DNA of 64,000 bases, from the NCBI GenBank assembly GCA_051294375.1, contig CM119265.1, forward strand, positions 10,805,042 through 10,869,041. The letters are read 5' to 3'. Positions 12,701 to 24,044 of this stretch are shown piece after piece. This DNA is from Paraspadella gotoi. Its lineage: Eukaryota; Animalia; Chaetognatha. The notes under the pieces were generated by a model. That model had not been told where the DNA came from and did not search any database. It saw nothing but the letters and a program-made list of their open reading frames with translations. Numbering within the stretch: position 1 is the first letter of the stretch; every line of letters starts with the position of its first letter. The position numbers were made by a program, and so were the translations under genes.

Positions 12701-15700
12701 ATACACGGTTCCTTTTTACATCGATTTAATCGGCATGGAAGTGCAACAACAAGAAAATGAGATGTCCGGGATACGTTTCTCGGACCTTTGGCTACACAAA
12801 AAAAGGGTAATCAAATTTTTTCCTATGACAGTTTTTTTATAAATTAATATTAAAATTAGCTATATAAAACAATAAAGTAGAAGAAAAAAAAATTAAAAAT
12901 GGCTTTAAATTTTTTTAAAATGAAATATCATGCATCATCCATAATCTATGAACAATTTTCTCTTTCGTTTGAGTCCATGAACCATTATTCTATCTTTAAT
13001 AGTTTAATTTGTATTAATTTTTTCTTTATTAAAACTTATAATTTTAATTTTTTTCAGATAAATTCTAAATTAAAAGAAATTATAAGTATGCAAATGATTG
13101 AAGAAAAATTTTATATTATAAGGGGACTTACCACCTAATATACGGCTTTCAAATACATATTATAGTAAGTTTATTATGATGATGTTGTTGACATAGAAAA
13201 TAAATCAATTATAAAATAAATATTGAAAAAATTTATAACTTTCGAATTTTTTTTTAGCAATAATAAAATAGCAATATTAAAAAATTATGTAATGAAACAG
13301 ACGAAAAACTTTTTTTTAAAATCACATGCTTTTAATTGCTTGAAACTGATATAATATTATCCTTGGAACAAAATTTAAAACTTGTTAAAACAATCCCAAA
13401 CTAGACATTTTTAAGGTTGTCAAATGTAATAAATATTGAATATTCGGACTGCTTTGTAGGTTTTAACTTAATTCAGTAGCCATCTTTTAATATGACAGAA
13501 AAGCATAATATTTAACAGTTTTTTTATTTGGAGTGGGCATACAAAGTTCTAAATACATATTAAACATCAGTGAATATTTGTGTTAAGCTATAGTAGATCT
13601 CCTCTATAGACTTTTTCAATTTTGAAAACATTTAACTTTTTTTTTTCTATAATTTTTTTGAACACGCAAACGTTTTCTTTGTTACGCAAAAGAGGAATGT
13701 AAAAAATTAAAAATAAATACGTACAAATAGTTAGACGTTATGTCTAGAATAGAATGAAAAAAAAAAACCTTGTTTAAACATTTTGATTCGGGAAGTGGGG
13801 GTAACTAAGGCTTACCACGGTATCCTCCATGCTGATGTTCTCTCAAATTCAATTTTTTTAATTTAACTACATTTAAAGGGAAAAAAAGAAATTCAGAATG
13901 CAGGTGGCATGAAAGGGTAAGAAAAATCTGTACATAGTGCATGTAATAATGAACCCCTTTTTTTTTATGTCCTTTTGCGGGTAATAAGGGGGGCAGTAAA
14001 AAAGAAACCTTAAAAATGCAATCATTAAGTCAGTCAAAGAACCTTTTCGCGATTTTTTGTTTCTTAATTAAAATGGATGATAATAATAGAATTAAATTTC
14101 CTTATAAGGTTGTTAACTATTTAAAAGAAAATTAGCATTAACAATTAACACAAGATGTCTTGCTTTGTAAATATGTAGCAGTTAAGTAATTTTTTTTAAA
14201 TTTTAATAGATAAACAAAAGCATGTATATCAAGCTTTTTCTTTGCAGTTGAAGATAATGAAAAATGATTATTTTTTTTCACAGACAAAAGGTAGACGCTC
14301 CAGCACTGTTTATATCAAGCTTGAAAACATTTTATTATTTATCATTTTTTCATTTTTAAAACATTTCTATCAAGCTACTACAATTTTTTTGCTTGTTTTT
14401 TACTTTAAACGTAAAAATACAAGCAAATTTATAAAGTAGCAAAAATCTTAATGATAATTAAAAATGTAATTCAGACTTTCCTCGTTTCAATTACAAAAGA
14501 AAAACAAAAAAAATTTCATATGCCTTCATTGAATTTAGTAATGCAAAAAACTGTTATAACTTTTAACTCGTATTTAAATAAAAGACTGTGTAAAGATTTA
14601 TGGATAAAATTTAACAAAACTGTTCTAGAAATGTGTCCCACGATTAGGGCCTTTAAAATGTTGATAGCCACACCCACGCTTGCTCCTCTTTTTCTTTTCA
14701 AAGATAATTCAAAGGAAAATAACTTTTTTTATTACTTTTTTTGCATCTTGCAGTTTTTTTTAAAACCAACCTAACTTTGGCCTTAAAAATGTCTAGTTTG
14801 GGATTGTTTAAAACTTTTTAAATTTTGTCCAAGGATAATATAAAATCACTCCACAAAATAATAGCCATCTGATTTAAAAAAAAGTTTTTCGTCCTGTTTC
14901 ATACATAATTTAATATCGTAATGTTTNNNNNNNNNNNNNNNNNNNNNNNNNNNNNNNNNNNNNNNNNNNNNNNNNNNNNNNNNNNNNNNNNNNNNNNNNN
15001 NNNNNNNNNNNNNNNNNNNNNNNNNNGATCCGATTCCTCCTCCTCCTCCTCCCTCCTTCCCCTCCTCCTCTCCCTCCTCCTCGTCTACAGCGTCGCCAAG
15101 AAGGCCGTCGACCCGGCCTCAGATCGAGAACCCCGGCGCCATCGACGCGAGTCACTCGTTCAATGGCTCAGCGCGCCGTTACATCAGACCCGGTACCCCT
15201 TCCTCCTCCTCCTCCTCCTCCTCTCCCTTGTCCCTCCCCAGCTGCCCCACCTTCCCCCAACCCATCCTCACCCTCACTGTCTTTTTTGTCCCCAGCTTCC
15301 CCTTCCTTTCAGTCTCCACGTACGACAGGTCCGCTGCGCGAAAGCGAGAAGGAAAACAACAACAACAAGAAAGAAAATGGGAGAAATGAGCCAACGATCG
15401 AACGACTGTCAAATCCCACAACCAGCGACTTTTCTAAACAATTCCCGAGCAATAACCGCCCGGCATATGCCGTTGTATAAAAGAAATGCTACATGCGACA
15501 AAAATACAAAACAACAACAACAACAAAAGCAGTTGAAACTTTTTCGCCCTTTGATATTGGCAATTTTGGATTTTATGTTACTGAATTCTAGTAATTTGTT
15601 AAATTTTATATGTTATCGAATGGAAATATTTTTTTTTACACGTCTAAACTGGTCATTTAGACCATTGTGTGTATATACTCGTATATATTGATTTAAATTT

Positions 15701-15806
15701 TTTTTTTTTTTTTTGTTTTTGTTCAACATACTTAACAATCAACTCAGAAAGACGAAACTAAATTTGTAGTAATACATAGTTACCTTATTATTACGACAGG
15801 GGGGCA

Positions 15807-16238
15807 TGCGGCCATCTGAGTTAAATATCAGATATGGAAACCTTTTGTTTCATATTAAATCAGTCAGCAGTCACCAGATGGTTTCCCGCTTTTTAAAAAC
15901 CTATTGTTTGATTGTTTCTTTAACTGATTGATTCAAACTGATTTTCACTCTTGTTTTTACTCTCAATAATAAATGTTCTCATCAAATCATTTATACTTGT
16001 TTTTATTCTCTCTCCAATGTAACTAACTACATTAAAGAATGAGACAGAAATATTCATCAACTAAGATACACAATTGTGAACAAACAAGTAAACAATTATT
16101 CCTAATGTGATGCGATTCACCTTCCCGCGATACGCTGACTCATTGGACTGAAGTCATTCGCTGCGCTACCTTAGGACTGCATCGCACGGTCGCCTAGACA
16201 CTTTGCGGCGCTCTGGCACCGCCCCGGGTCTAGCCACA
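15807..16238 (+). mobile_element. Candidate LTR of a further family
   Basis: Preceded by AGGGGGGCA (same PPT style as family A). Starts TGCGGC and ends GCCACA (imperfect TIR, TG..CA). AATAAA near 15968; GC-rich structured 3' part. No second copy or TSD is visible. Confidence 0.45.
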
Positions 16239-16799
16239 TATATTTAATTATTTAAAATATTTATTTTCTATATCAAAACATAATCATAATAAACTTACTA
16301 TATATGTATTTGAAAGCCTATATTAGGTAGGTAAGTCCCTTATAATATAAATTTTTTCTTCAATCATTTGGCATACTTATAATTTTTTTTAATTTAAATT
16401 ATCTGAAAAAAAATTAAAATTATATTTTAATAAAGAAAAATTAATTACAAATAAACTATTAAAGATAGAATAATGGTTATGGACTCAAACGAAAAAAAAT
16501 TGTTCATAGATTATGGATGATGCATAATATTTTCATTTTTAAAAAAAATTTAACCATTTTTAAATTTTTTTTCTTCTACTTTATTGTTTTTATATAGCTA
16601 ATTTTAATATTAATTTATAAAAAACTGTCATTAGGAAAAATTTGATTACCCTTTTTTTGTGTAGCCCAAAGGTCCGGAAACGTATCCCGGGATATCTCAT
16701 TCTTGTGCACTCCATGCCGATTAAATCGATGTAAAAAGGAACCGTGTATATATATGTACATGCAAATATTTTGACCCATATCCTTTTCTGAAATACTCA

Positions 16800-19700
16800 C
16801 CGATCCCCGAAGACATCATTGTTTTTTATTTCTGAAATAAGAGTAACATCCCTCAACGATACCAAATCCAACGCGTCCAAAGAATCTGGTCCTTCAAAAC
16901 ACTTCAAAAAACCATCGTTGGAAACACAAAATTGTTTTTTGTTTACTTTCATTTTTTGCTTGCTTTTTTTAAGCACTGATGATTTACGTTTCGTTGATAA
17001 GACCGTCAAAAAGTCTTTCATTGGTTGTTCTGTTAGATAAGAGTAAGATGTGACATGTGTCAAGATTGAATATTCAATCAATGTTAAATTCTTATTACCA
17101 GTACTATAAGAATTGATTTCACCACATTTAGATGGGTTGCTGTGGAGTTCAATTAAAGCTGCTTGGGAGTTTTGGCCAAAACTGATTTAAAATATTTTAA
17201 AAATCGCAAACAAAAATGCCATATTTTTGAAAACAAGTAATAACCTATTATAAATTACCTTAAAGCGAAATGATACAAAGATTTGTGGCCACTCAGGTAG
17301 CGGTTTTCTTCTGTTATGTTCGCCCCAAACACAATTAACTGCAACGTCTTCTTCAGATTATTTGTCTAAAAAAATTTAAATTCATTTTTTAATGCATACC
17401 TGGAAGATACTACAATTTTCATTTTAAACCTTCAAATTAGTAGTAAGAGCGCTATCCAGGTCGCCTTGATTTCGTCTTCGATCGCAAAACGATTTTAGTT
17501 TGTATTTTGCGATGACGAAGTTTTTCCTCTCAAATTGAGAAGAGCTTCGCCGAAGGACGTTTCCTCCCAATATATCCAACGCTCTGTCGTTACCTAAACG
17601 CGTTTTCAAATCAAGACTTACATTACTCGTTTAATTTCTTCGTCATTTCTGTAAGTCTGCAAGAAAATTATCACCGATGGAGGAGATGATTTCAAGCTCT
17701 TCAGCTCGCCAATCTTCATCATCCGTCTTGAGCGACATGATTCTCAAATTTAGGACGCCCACTTCCCGATGAGCGACGCAACAATTCTTGCAGACCACGA
17801 TTCCCCAGTTGACGACGGCCCAGTCAGGATCGGGATTACCGCAGTCTGCGCACGCTCGGTTGGAGGCATTGTTTCGCACTCTAAACCAAACGCTAAAAAT
17901 TCCGACGAGATAAGAAATATTTTTTAACTATTTTATAAAAACTTAAGTTTTAACACTTAAAAGTTAATACATAAATATAAACAGACTGCCAGATTTTTAA
18001 TGCAATAATAGTCAGTAACCTTCACCTTCTGGGTTGCAACCGTCTTCCCTCGGCGATGGCCTCCTCCATCGTACTTTGCCACTTGGCCAAGCTGGCAACA
18101 GAATCAAAGGCGAAGCCCAATTCTATCGATGACCCCAAATGCAGAACGAGTTCGTGATCGACGTCAAAAATCCCGGTTGCCTGCGACCAATGCAAGATTG
18201 TGAATGAAATTGTATTACTTTTCGAGTATTAATATGATTTTCACATTATAGGAATATCTAGAAATTCAAAAGATGGAATCGAATGGAATCGCATGGAACC
18301 ACTTGGAACCGGATCAAAGACTCAGGAAGAAATAACCGAAATGGTATCAAGCATTCTGTTAATGTTAATAATAATAATAATATTCTATTTTCTATTTCTT
18401 ATTCAATAAGCAATACTCACTTCAATTTCGGCTTGTCCCATCTGAACAACCATCATCGGGACATCGTCATTAAAATCTCTCTCATCTTTGTAAATGCAAA
18501 ACCAGGGGCCTTTGATGGCGACGAATTTGGAGCCCAGAATCTTGCATTCTTTTTCCAAAGGTTGCATTGACTTCACTTCGATGAAACCTGGAAACAAAAG
18601 TCAAAACTCTCAAGCATACAGAAAAGCCTCAGAAAAAAAGACAAATTTGACTAAAACATATACATAAATATTTATTATATCGCCTACAAGTACGACAGTT
18701 TTACGAAACTCATAAAGTAATCTATGAGTCATTGTATGACTTAAGTCAATTTTTATTAAAATATTACCTTTTTGGTTTGGGTCGTATAGTAGTTCACCGC
18801 CGTCTTTTTCCCAGTCTTCAAGACAGCCCTCCACTTGCATTATCTGCGAACCAGGTATTTTAATATTTAAAGGAAAATTATTGAGGCGACATTAATACAT
18901 TAATACGTATTATTTCTAAATCAAAAAATCAAATGAAAAAAAGAAAATATAGTATAAAGCTTAATATAGAGAAAAATATACTTGACCTGATTAAGGCGTT
19001 CAATCCATTGCCTCATCTCATCGTGATTTGCGGCGGTGAAGATGTATTTTCTTTTCCTGGTTTTCAATTCGAAACTGTTCTGTGAATTGGTCCTTCCGGA
19101 TGACGTCTCGACGGGTGACACTGAATTTATGCCACGGATGACCAGTCTGAAATTAGCCAAAGACTAAAAGTTTTAAATTTTGCGTTGTATGAAATAAGAT
19201 TTAAACTTAACTCGCCTGGAAAATAAACTTTCTTTGTCAAAGTAGCTCGTTAATTCTCCAATGAAGCCTTCCCCCGTTATTCGTTTTGTCAAACGATACC
19301 ATCGCTTAACATGTGATTTGGCACCTGGAAACAAAGTTTTAATTAAAATTTACTTATTAAATACGAAACATAATTCGAATCAATGAAGAATGTTAAAAAA
19401 CCCTTAGTAATTCCCACTCACCATGTTGAGTTAAAACCTGCCGACTCAAGCGGCCTTCGTGCAGCAGCATCGGGCTTGGTTCAGTAGACCCAATCTCAGA
19501 ATATACTTCCGATTGGGTCCTTTGGCTTTAGAATTGAGATCAGAAGTCATTATTTTCTATTTATAGTTTTTCAAATATTAGGTGTTATGGTGGACTAAAA
19601 TCGACCAACCGTTCATCAGCGGCCATTGGTGCCGGAGGCAAGTCATTCGCCTCCCAACCCAAAGGTCCGGGGTTCGAGCCCGGTAGTCGCCTAGCAGTTA

Positions 19701-20350
19701 AGGGGGACGGGGCGCTTAACCCGCCTGTAACATGGTGTTACAGCCTGGTCCGAAGCTCAGGGACTGCTTATATTGAACGGTTCTGTCATTAACACATATC
19801 AATAATTACTGTCTCTTCAGTGTGTATATATGTATATAAATTAGTTTATTGTTTTTTAGCTGTTCAAAACCCTTATAAATTTATAAATGGTAGGTTACTT
19901 GTAATGAAATACCTTGGAGACATACTTCCATTGCCAGAATCCGAAGAGACCAGACCTAAGTAAAACAAAGATTCAATGCATTGCAACATGCGTTTTAACT
20001 ATTTGTATAAGATTTTGACATAAAAAAAAACCGATTTCATAAAGGATAAAATGATCACGTATACATTTTTATTTCGTTCCACGGACCACGGTACTTACTT
20101 TGCCTTTCTCCAGTCATTTGATAAGCTTTATCAATAGAATTTCTATTTTCCAGATGTTGAGGCGATGACAACGGTGTCGGCTCGGACGACTGCGCAGATT
20201 CTGAGCCCACTTCAGTCGCAACGCAGCTTTTTGGAACGTCGTAATCGCCAGTCGTCGGCGCTGACACCGGCGTCGTTTTTTCTGAGATTGAATCCAAGGG
20301 TCGGTTGTTGATCGGCATTTGATAGTGGGATTCGAGGAAGGAGACAGCTG
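16800..20350 (-). CDS. Multi-exon Arf-GAP with PH domains (ARAP/centaurin-like; PH-PH-ArfGAP-PH); 5' and 3' ends uncertain (possible further exons ~20900, ~21900, ~24040 and 15030-15490)
   Basis: ArfGAP finger CADC-x16-CKNC-x4-R (NRACADCGNPDPDWAVVNWGIVVCKNCCVAHR, ~17770-17865). PH motifs 'NSFELKTRKRKYIFTAANHDEMRQWIERL', 'GFIEVK..FVAIKGPWFCIYKDERDF' and 'KQFCVSNDGFLKCFE'. Short GT-AG introns. Confidence 0.85.
19619..19691 (+). promoter_or_regulatory. tRNA(Gly)-derived Pol III promoter module in family B LTR
   Basis: Acceptor-like GCGGCCA/TAGTCGC, 'TTCGCCTCCCAA' as in tRNA-Gly(CCC), and B-box GGTTCGAGCC in a CCGGG/CCCGG stem. The anticodon stem is degenerate. Confidence 0.7.
19693..19768 (+). 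ncRNA. Putative type-P5 twister ribozyme (family B)
   Basis: P5 AGCAGTT/GACTGCT; P2 CCC/GGG; GA; T1 CGGG/UCCG; P1 loop GCGC; UAA (19717-19719); GC/GC T2; P3 CTGTAACA/TGTTACAG; P4 CCTGG/TCAGG closing UCCGAAGC. Confidence 0.82.
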
Positions 20351-23300
20351 GGAAAGAGAGTAGGAGATTGTTAAGGAAGATAGTATGGTGGACTAAAATC
20401 CACCAACCGTTCATGAGCGGTAGCGCGGAGCATAAATACAAGATATGATATATGACCTCTTGTGCCCCCTTAATTTTTTGTATTTGATATAATACTATCC
20501 CCCAATATTAAAAAAAATGAAAATTCGCTTGCTCAATTTTCCCGTTCTATCGATTTAATAAAGCAATTTGATGCAAAAAAATTGTAAAAAAATTACAAAA
20601 TTTGATATCAAAGAAAGCTGATTAAGTTCACTTTTTGAAGTGAAATATAGCTAAAACAAACAATTTAAACCAGTTTTCATCCATAAAAATAAAAAAAATC
20701 AGTTTATATAAATATTGAGTGATTCTAAAAAAATAGATATTCTTATAACAAAATTGTTAAAAATTAAGCAAAATGGAAAATAAGTTCCAAGCCATATAAC
20801 GCACACAATATCCTGTTTAAAGCTTATAAAAGCTTTTAGTAGCTACATTAAACTTTATACAGCTTATTATAAGCTTCACCAAAAAAATATTAATTGACTT
20901 ACCATAGCATAGGCCTTACCCATTACCACTCTCCTCCCTTCCGTAGATCGCTCTGGCCGATCTGTCTTCTTTTTTTTTTAAATGAAAAAATTCTCATGAA
21001 AGACTGGTAAAATCGTTTAAATAATACTCTGTTAAATATTAGTACAATTAATAATAGAATAATAATAATAATAATTGAAAGTCTTTTTTTTTTTTTTTTT
21101 TTGCGCTCGCGGAAAGATAAGGAAAAAAATATAGAAAAGATTAGGAAAGATGGAAGAAAAAAAATTATGGTGGGTTGGGAGGATTTGTCGGTTAGCCAGT
21201 GAGTCGGTAGAGCAGGGAAACTTAATCCTGGGGTAGGTTAAACTAGGGGAAAGGCCTGATTGGGCGCCACTCAGAAGGTATGCACCTATCTAGGGATATG
21301 GGCTGACTGTTATCATGAAGGGAGAAGAAGTGAGAAGGGTGAGATATATGAAATTGGTACAACCAATTAAAATTATCCATTCATTTATAAATAAGCTATC
21401 TTGCCCTGACTTGGACAGGCTTTATATTAGTAATAGGAAAACAGGTACAACAAAGGGGAATAAGGGTACATAAAAGGGGAGAGGGAAGTAGGAAGGCTTG
21501 AGGAATGAGGACCCCGAGATCGTGAGGAGAGTGTCTGAGGCCGATCTCCAAGACTGTATCCGTGACTCCGGGATGAAGAGGAGGGGACGATGAGGGGAGG
21601 ATGAGGAGGCTTGAGAGGGGGAAGAGAAGACCCGGGAGAGAGAAAGGTTCTGGCGGTAAGGGGGGGGTCTATCCTGATAATTTGTTCAGCCATATTAATT
21701 TTAGATCAAAAAATGTTTTATCACTATTTTTATAAACCTCTATCAATTTTGTTTAACATTTTGTTGGCTCATTTTAGTCTGTATAACCAGGATTTTAATT
21801 TCTTACAATAAATAAATATAATCCTAAATTGTATTGACGCTCGTGGCGGTGTGTGGGCATGGCCATAGGGAGAAAAGGGGCTCGATGTCAGACGGCCGTG
21901 GATTCGATATCGGCTTCTGACTTAGACTTTTTCGAGAGAAAGAACGCGACTACGACAACGCTTTGTTGGAAGCTTTATCTCTCTCTCTCTCTCTCACTCA
22001 CTCTCTGTCTCTCTCACTTTCTGAGAACTTCTGTCTCGATGCTTACGGTCCAGTCGTTTGCAGTCGCTCGTCCAAAAAAAATGGTTTTGACAAGAGTCTC
22101 GATGACTTTATCTCCGTTGAGTGTAAAACGAGAGTTTATTCTCGGTGACAGACGAGGCAAATATGTGACAATAACGTGACAAAATAAGTCGCGAAAACCC
22201 TCTAAAACGACTGAAAAGCTGGTCATAAAAATTATGAAAGTAAACATTTAAAAATGATCAACGTTATAAACAGGCCGAGATTAAGCCAAACAACTCTGAT
22301 CTTGAATAACCATTTTCATTTATTTAATTTTATTGTTAATATCAGTTTTAGTTTTTGTCACTGTCGCTTTAAAAGTGTTTTGTTTCATGCTTTTGTTTTT
22401 TATTCATTGTTTAAATTTTTAAAATAATAAGAGAGAGTTTTTAACATTTACAAACAATAAATTTAGTAAATATTAAAAATAATCTTCTCTGACTCTGTTC
22501 TTATCTCAAACTGGAAAAATGGCAGAAAAAAAGAATATCAGACTTGACTTAGAGGCAACAATAGAGTAAGGTAACCACCGAGGGTGAAATGCCTGATGCC
22601 TTTTATATAATAAACAAAACCTCTCCTGCTTTGGAGGATTTTTTTAATAATTTATTTTTCTTTTTGTTTATATTATGAAAGTTTTAAACACCATTTGAAT
22701 AAATACACAGATCCATAAATTTATTAGTTTCCTAATCGCCTTAGTTTATTATTTCGCTTTACTTTTTGTAGTTCAAAAAAACGAAAAACTAAACTATTAA
22801 TAGATAAAGTAACTTTTTACAAATGAAAACAATATATATCTCCTTATTTCATATATATTTGATTAAAACATTCTGATTAACTATCTTTCCTATTATTTTG
22901 AAATTCTTTATTGGTATTATTTCCGACAATGAAAAAATGCAATTTTTTAATAATATTAAACATTATTTAATACAAGTTTTTTATATTTATATATGTTGAA
23001 AAGTTTTAAATGCTATATATTATAAAAATTAATAATACTAACCACTTTATTTTATTTAAATTTATTTTTTTTCCGATTTTTTTGCATCTTATCGCATTAT
23101 AAAATCGATAGAACGGAAAAATGGCCAAGCGAATTTTTTTTGTTTTTTTTTTTGTTAGAAATAGTTTTACATGTGTTTCAAAAATTAGGAGGGCACAAGA
23201 CGTCCTTTATTATTTCTTGTATTTATTAATCACACACTTTTCTACCCAAATACAAAATTTAAAGTCAATCGCCCCATCCACTTATGAGTAATTGGTATTC

Positions 23301-24044
23301 AAATAGTGAAATTTATTTTTTTATTTTTTCCATTTAAACTCATTTCCATTCGGACGATTCCATCAAATATATAGCTCAATACACACACTTCCCTACCCAC
23401 ACACAAAATTTCATTCCAATCCATCCATCCAATCACGAGTAATTAGTGTTTTTTGCTAAGGTGGGACGGATGGACGGACATCGTTTTTTTTTTGCATAAT
23501 TTATCATAATTCGATGTTCGGACATGATATAAGTGAGTGCCCGACAATATTGAGGGGGCGGACCGACGGACCGACAAAGTGAATTATAGAGTCGGGATCT
23601 GCTGAAAGCAGTTCCGACTAAAAAAAGAGTAAAACGTTCTGACAAAATAAAAAAATTATAGAGGAATCTACTTTATTATAATTTTTTCTTTGATGAATTC
23701 CTTTTTAATGAACATTCGAGTAAAGTATTGAAAAGAAAATTTTTTTTATACTTATGAAATTGGTACAACCAATATAAAAATTATCCATCCATTTAATAAA
23801 TAAGCTATCTTGTCCCTGACTTTCGACAGGCTTTGGTGGTTTAAGGCCTCCATCACACTTGCAAGATAATAACATTTTAGAGTTGACAAATTAACCGATT
23901 TTAACGGTTAATCAGTTAAATTTTGACATTTTAACCGATAATTAAAATTTTTTAAATTAACCATTTTTTCACGCCTAATGATAAGTGTTGGAATTGGGTT
24001 AAAAATAGCAAGGTCATCGCAAATTATCTCCCTTACCTGATTCG

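Larger units (their letters stand above)
1358..14926. repeat. ~6.75-kb near-identical tandem duplication (1358-8105 vs 8105-14926) ending at an N gap; probably haplotype/assembly duplication
   Basis: The two blocks are collinear. Differences are mostly homopolymer/1-nt indels, increasing toward the gap at 14927. The same TE insertion with the same TSD occurs in both copies. Confidence 0.9.
19586..19819 (+). mobile_element. Family B 234-bp solo LTR with tRNA(Gly)-like module and twister-like motif
   Basis: TATGG..CTTCA flanked by GTGT TSD (19582-19585 / 19820-19823). Same length as the copies at 38445-38678 and 46026-46259. A 5' fragment occurs at 20384-20421. Confidence 0.85.

Noticed and set aside
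1358-14926. Biological segmental duplication / two independent family A insertions
   Set aside because: Same flanks and TSD, indel-dominated differences and an adjacent N gap point to an assembly or haplotype duplicate; counted as one insertion.
14910-15691. 256-aa ORF spanning the N gap
   Set aside because: It runs through Ns and low-complexity (CCT)n sequence; not supportable as called.
16106-16238. HDV-like ribozyme (GCGAATG on minus strand)
   Set aside because: P1/P3/P1.1 could not be built in the required order.
19619-19691. Functional tRNA-Gly / tRNA-Met genes in the LTRs
   Set aside because: Anticodon and D stems do not pair properly and there is no T-run terminator; treated as promoter modules.
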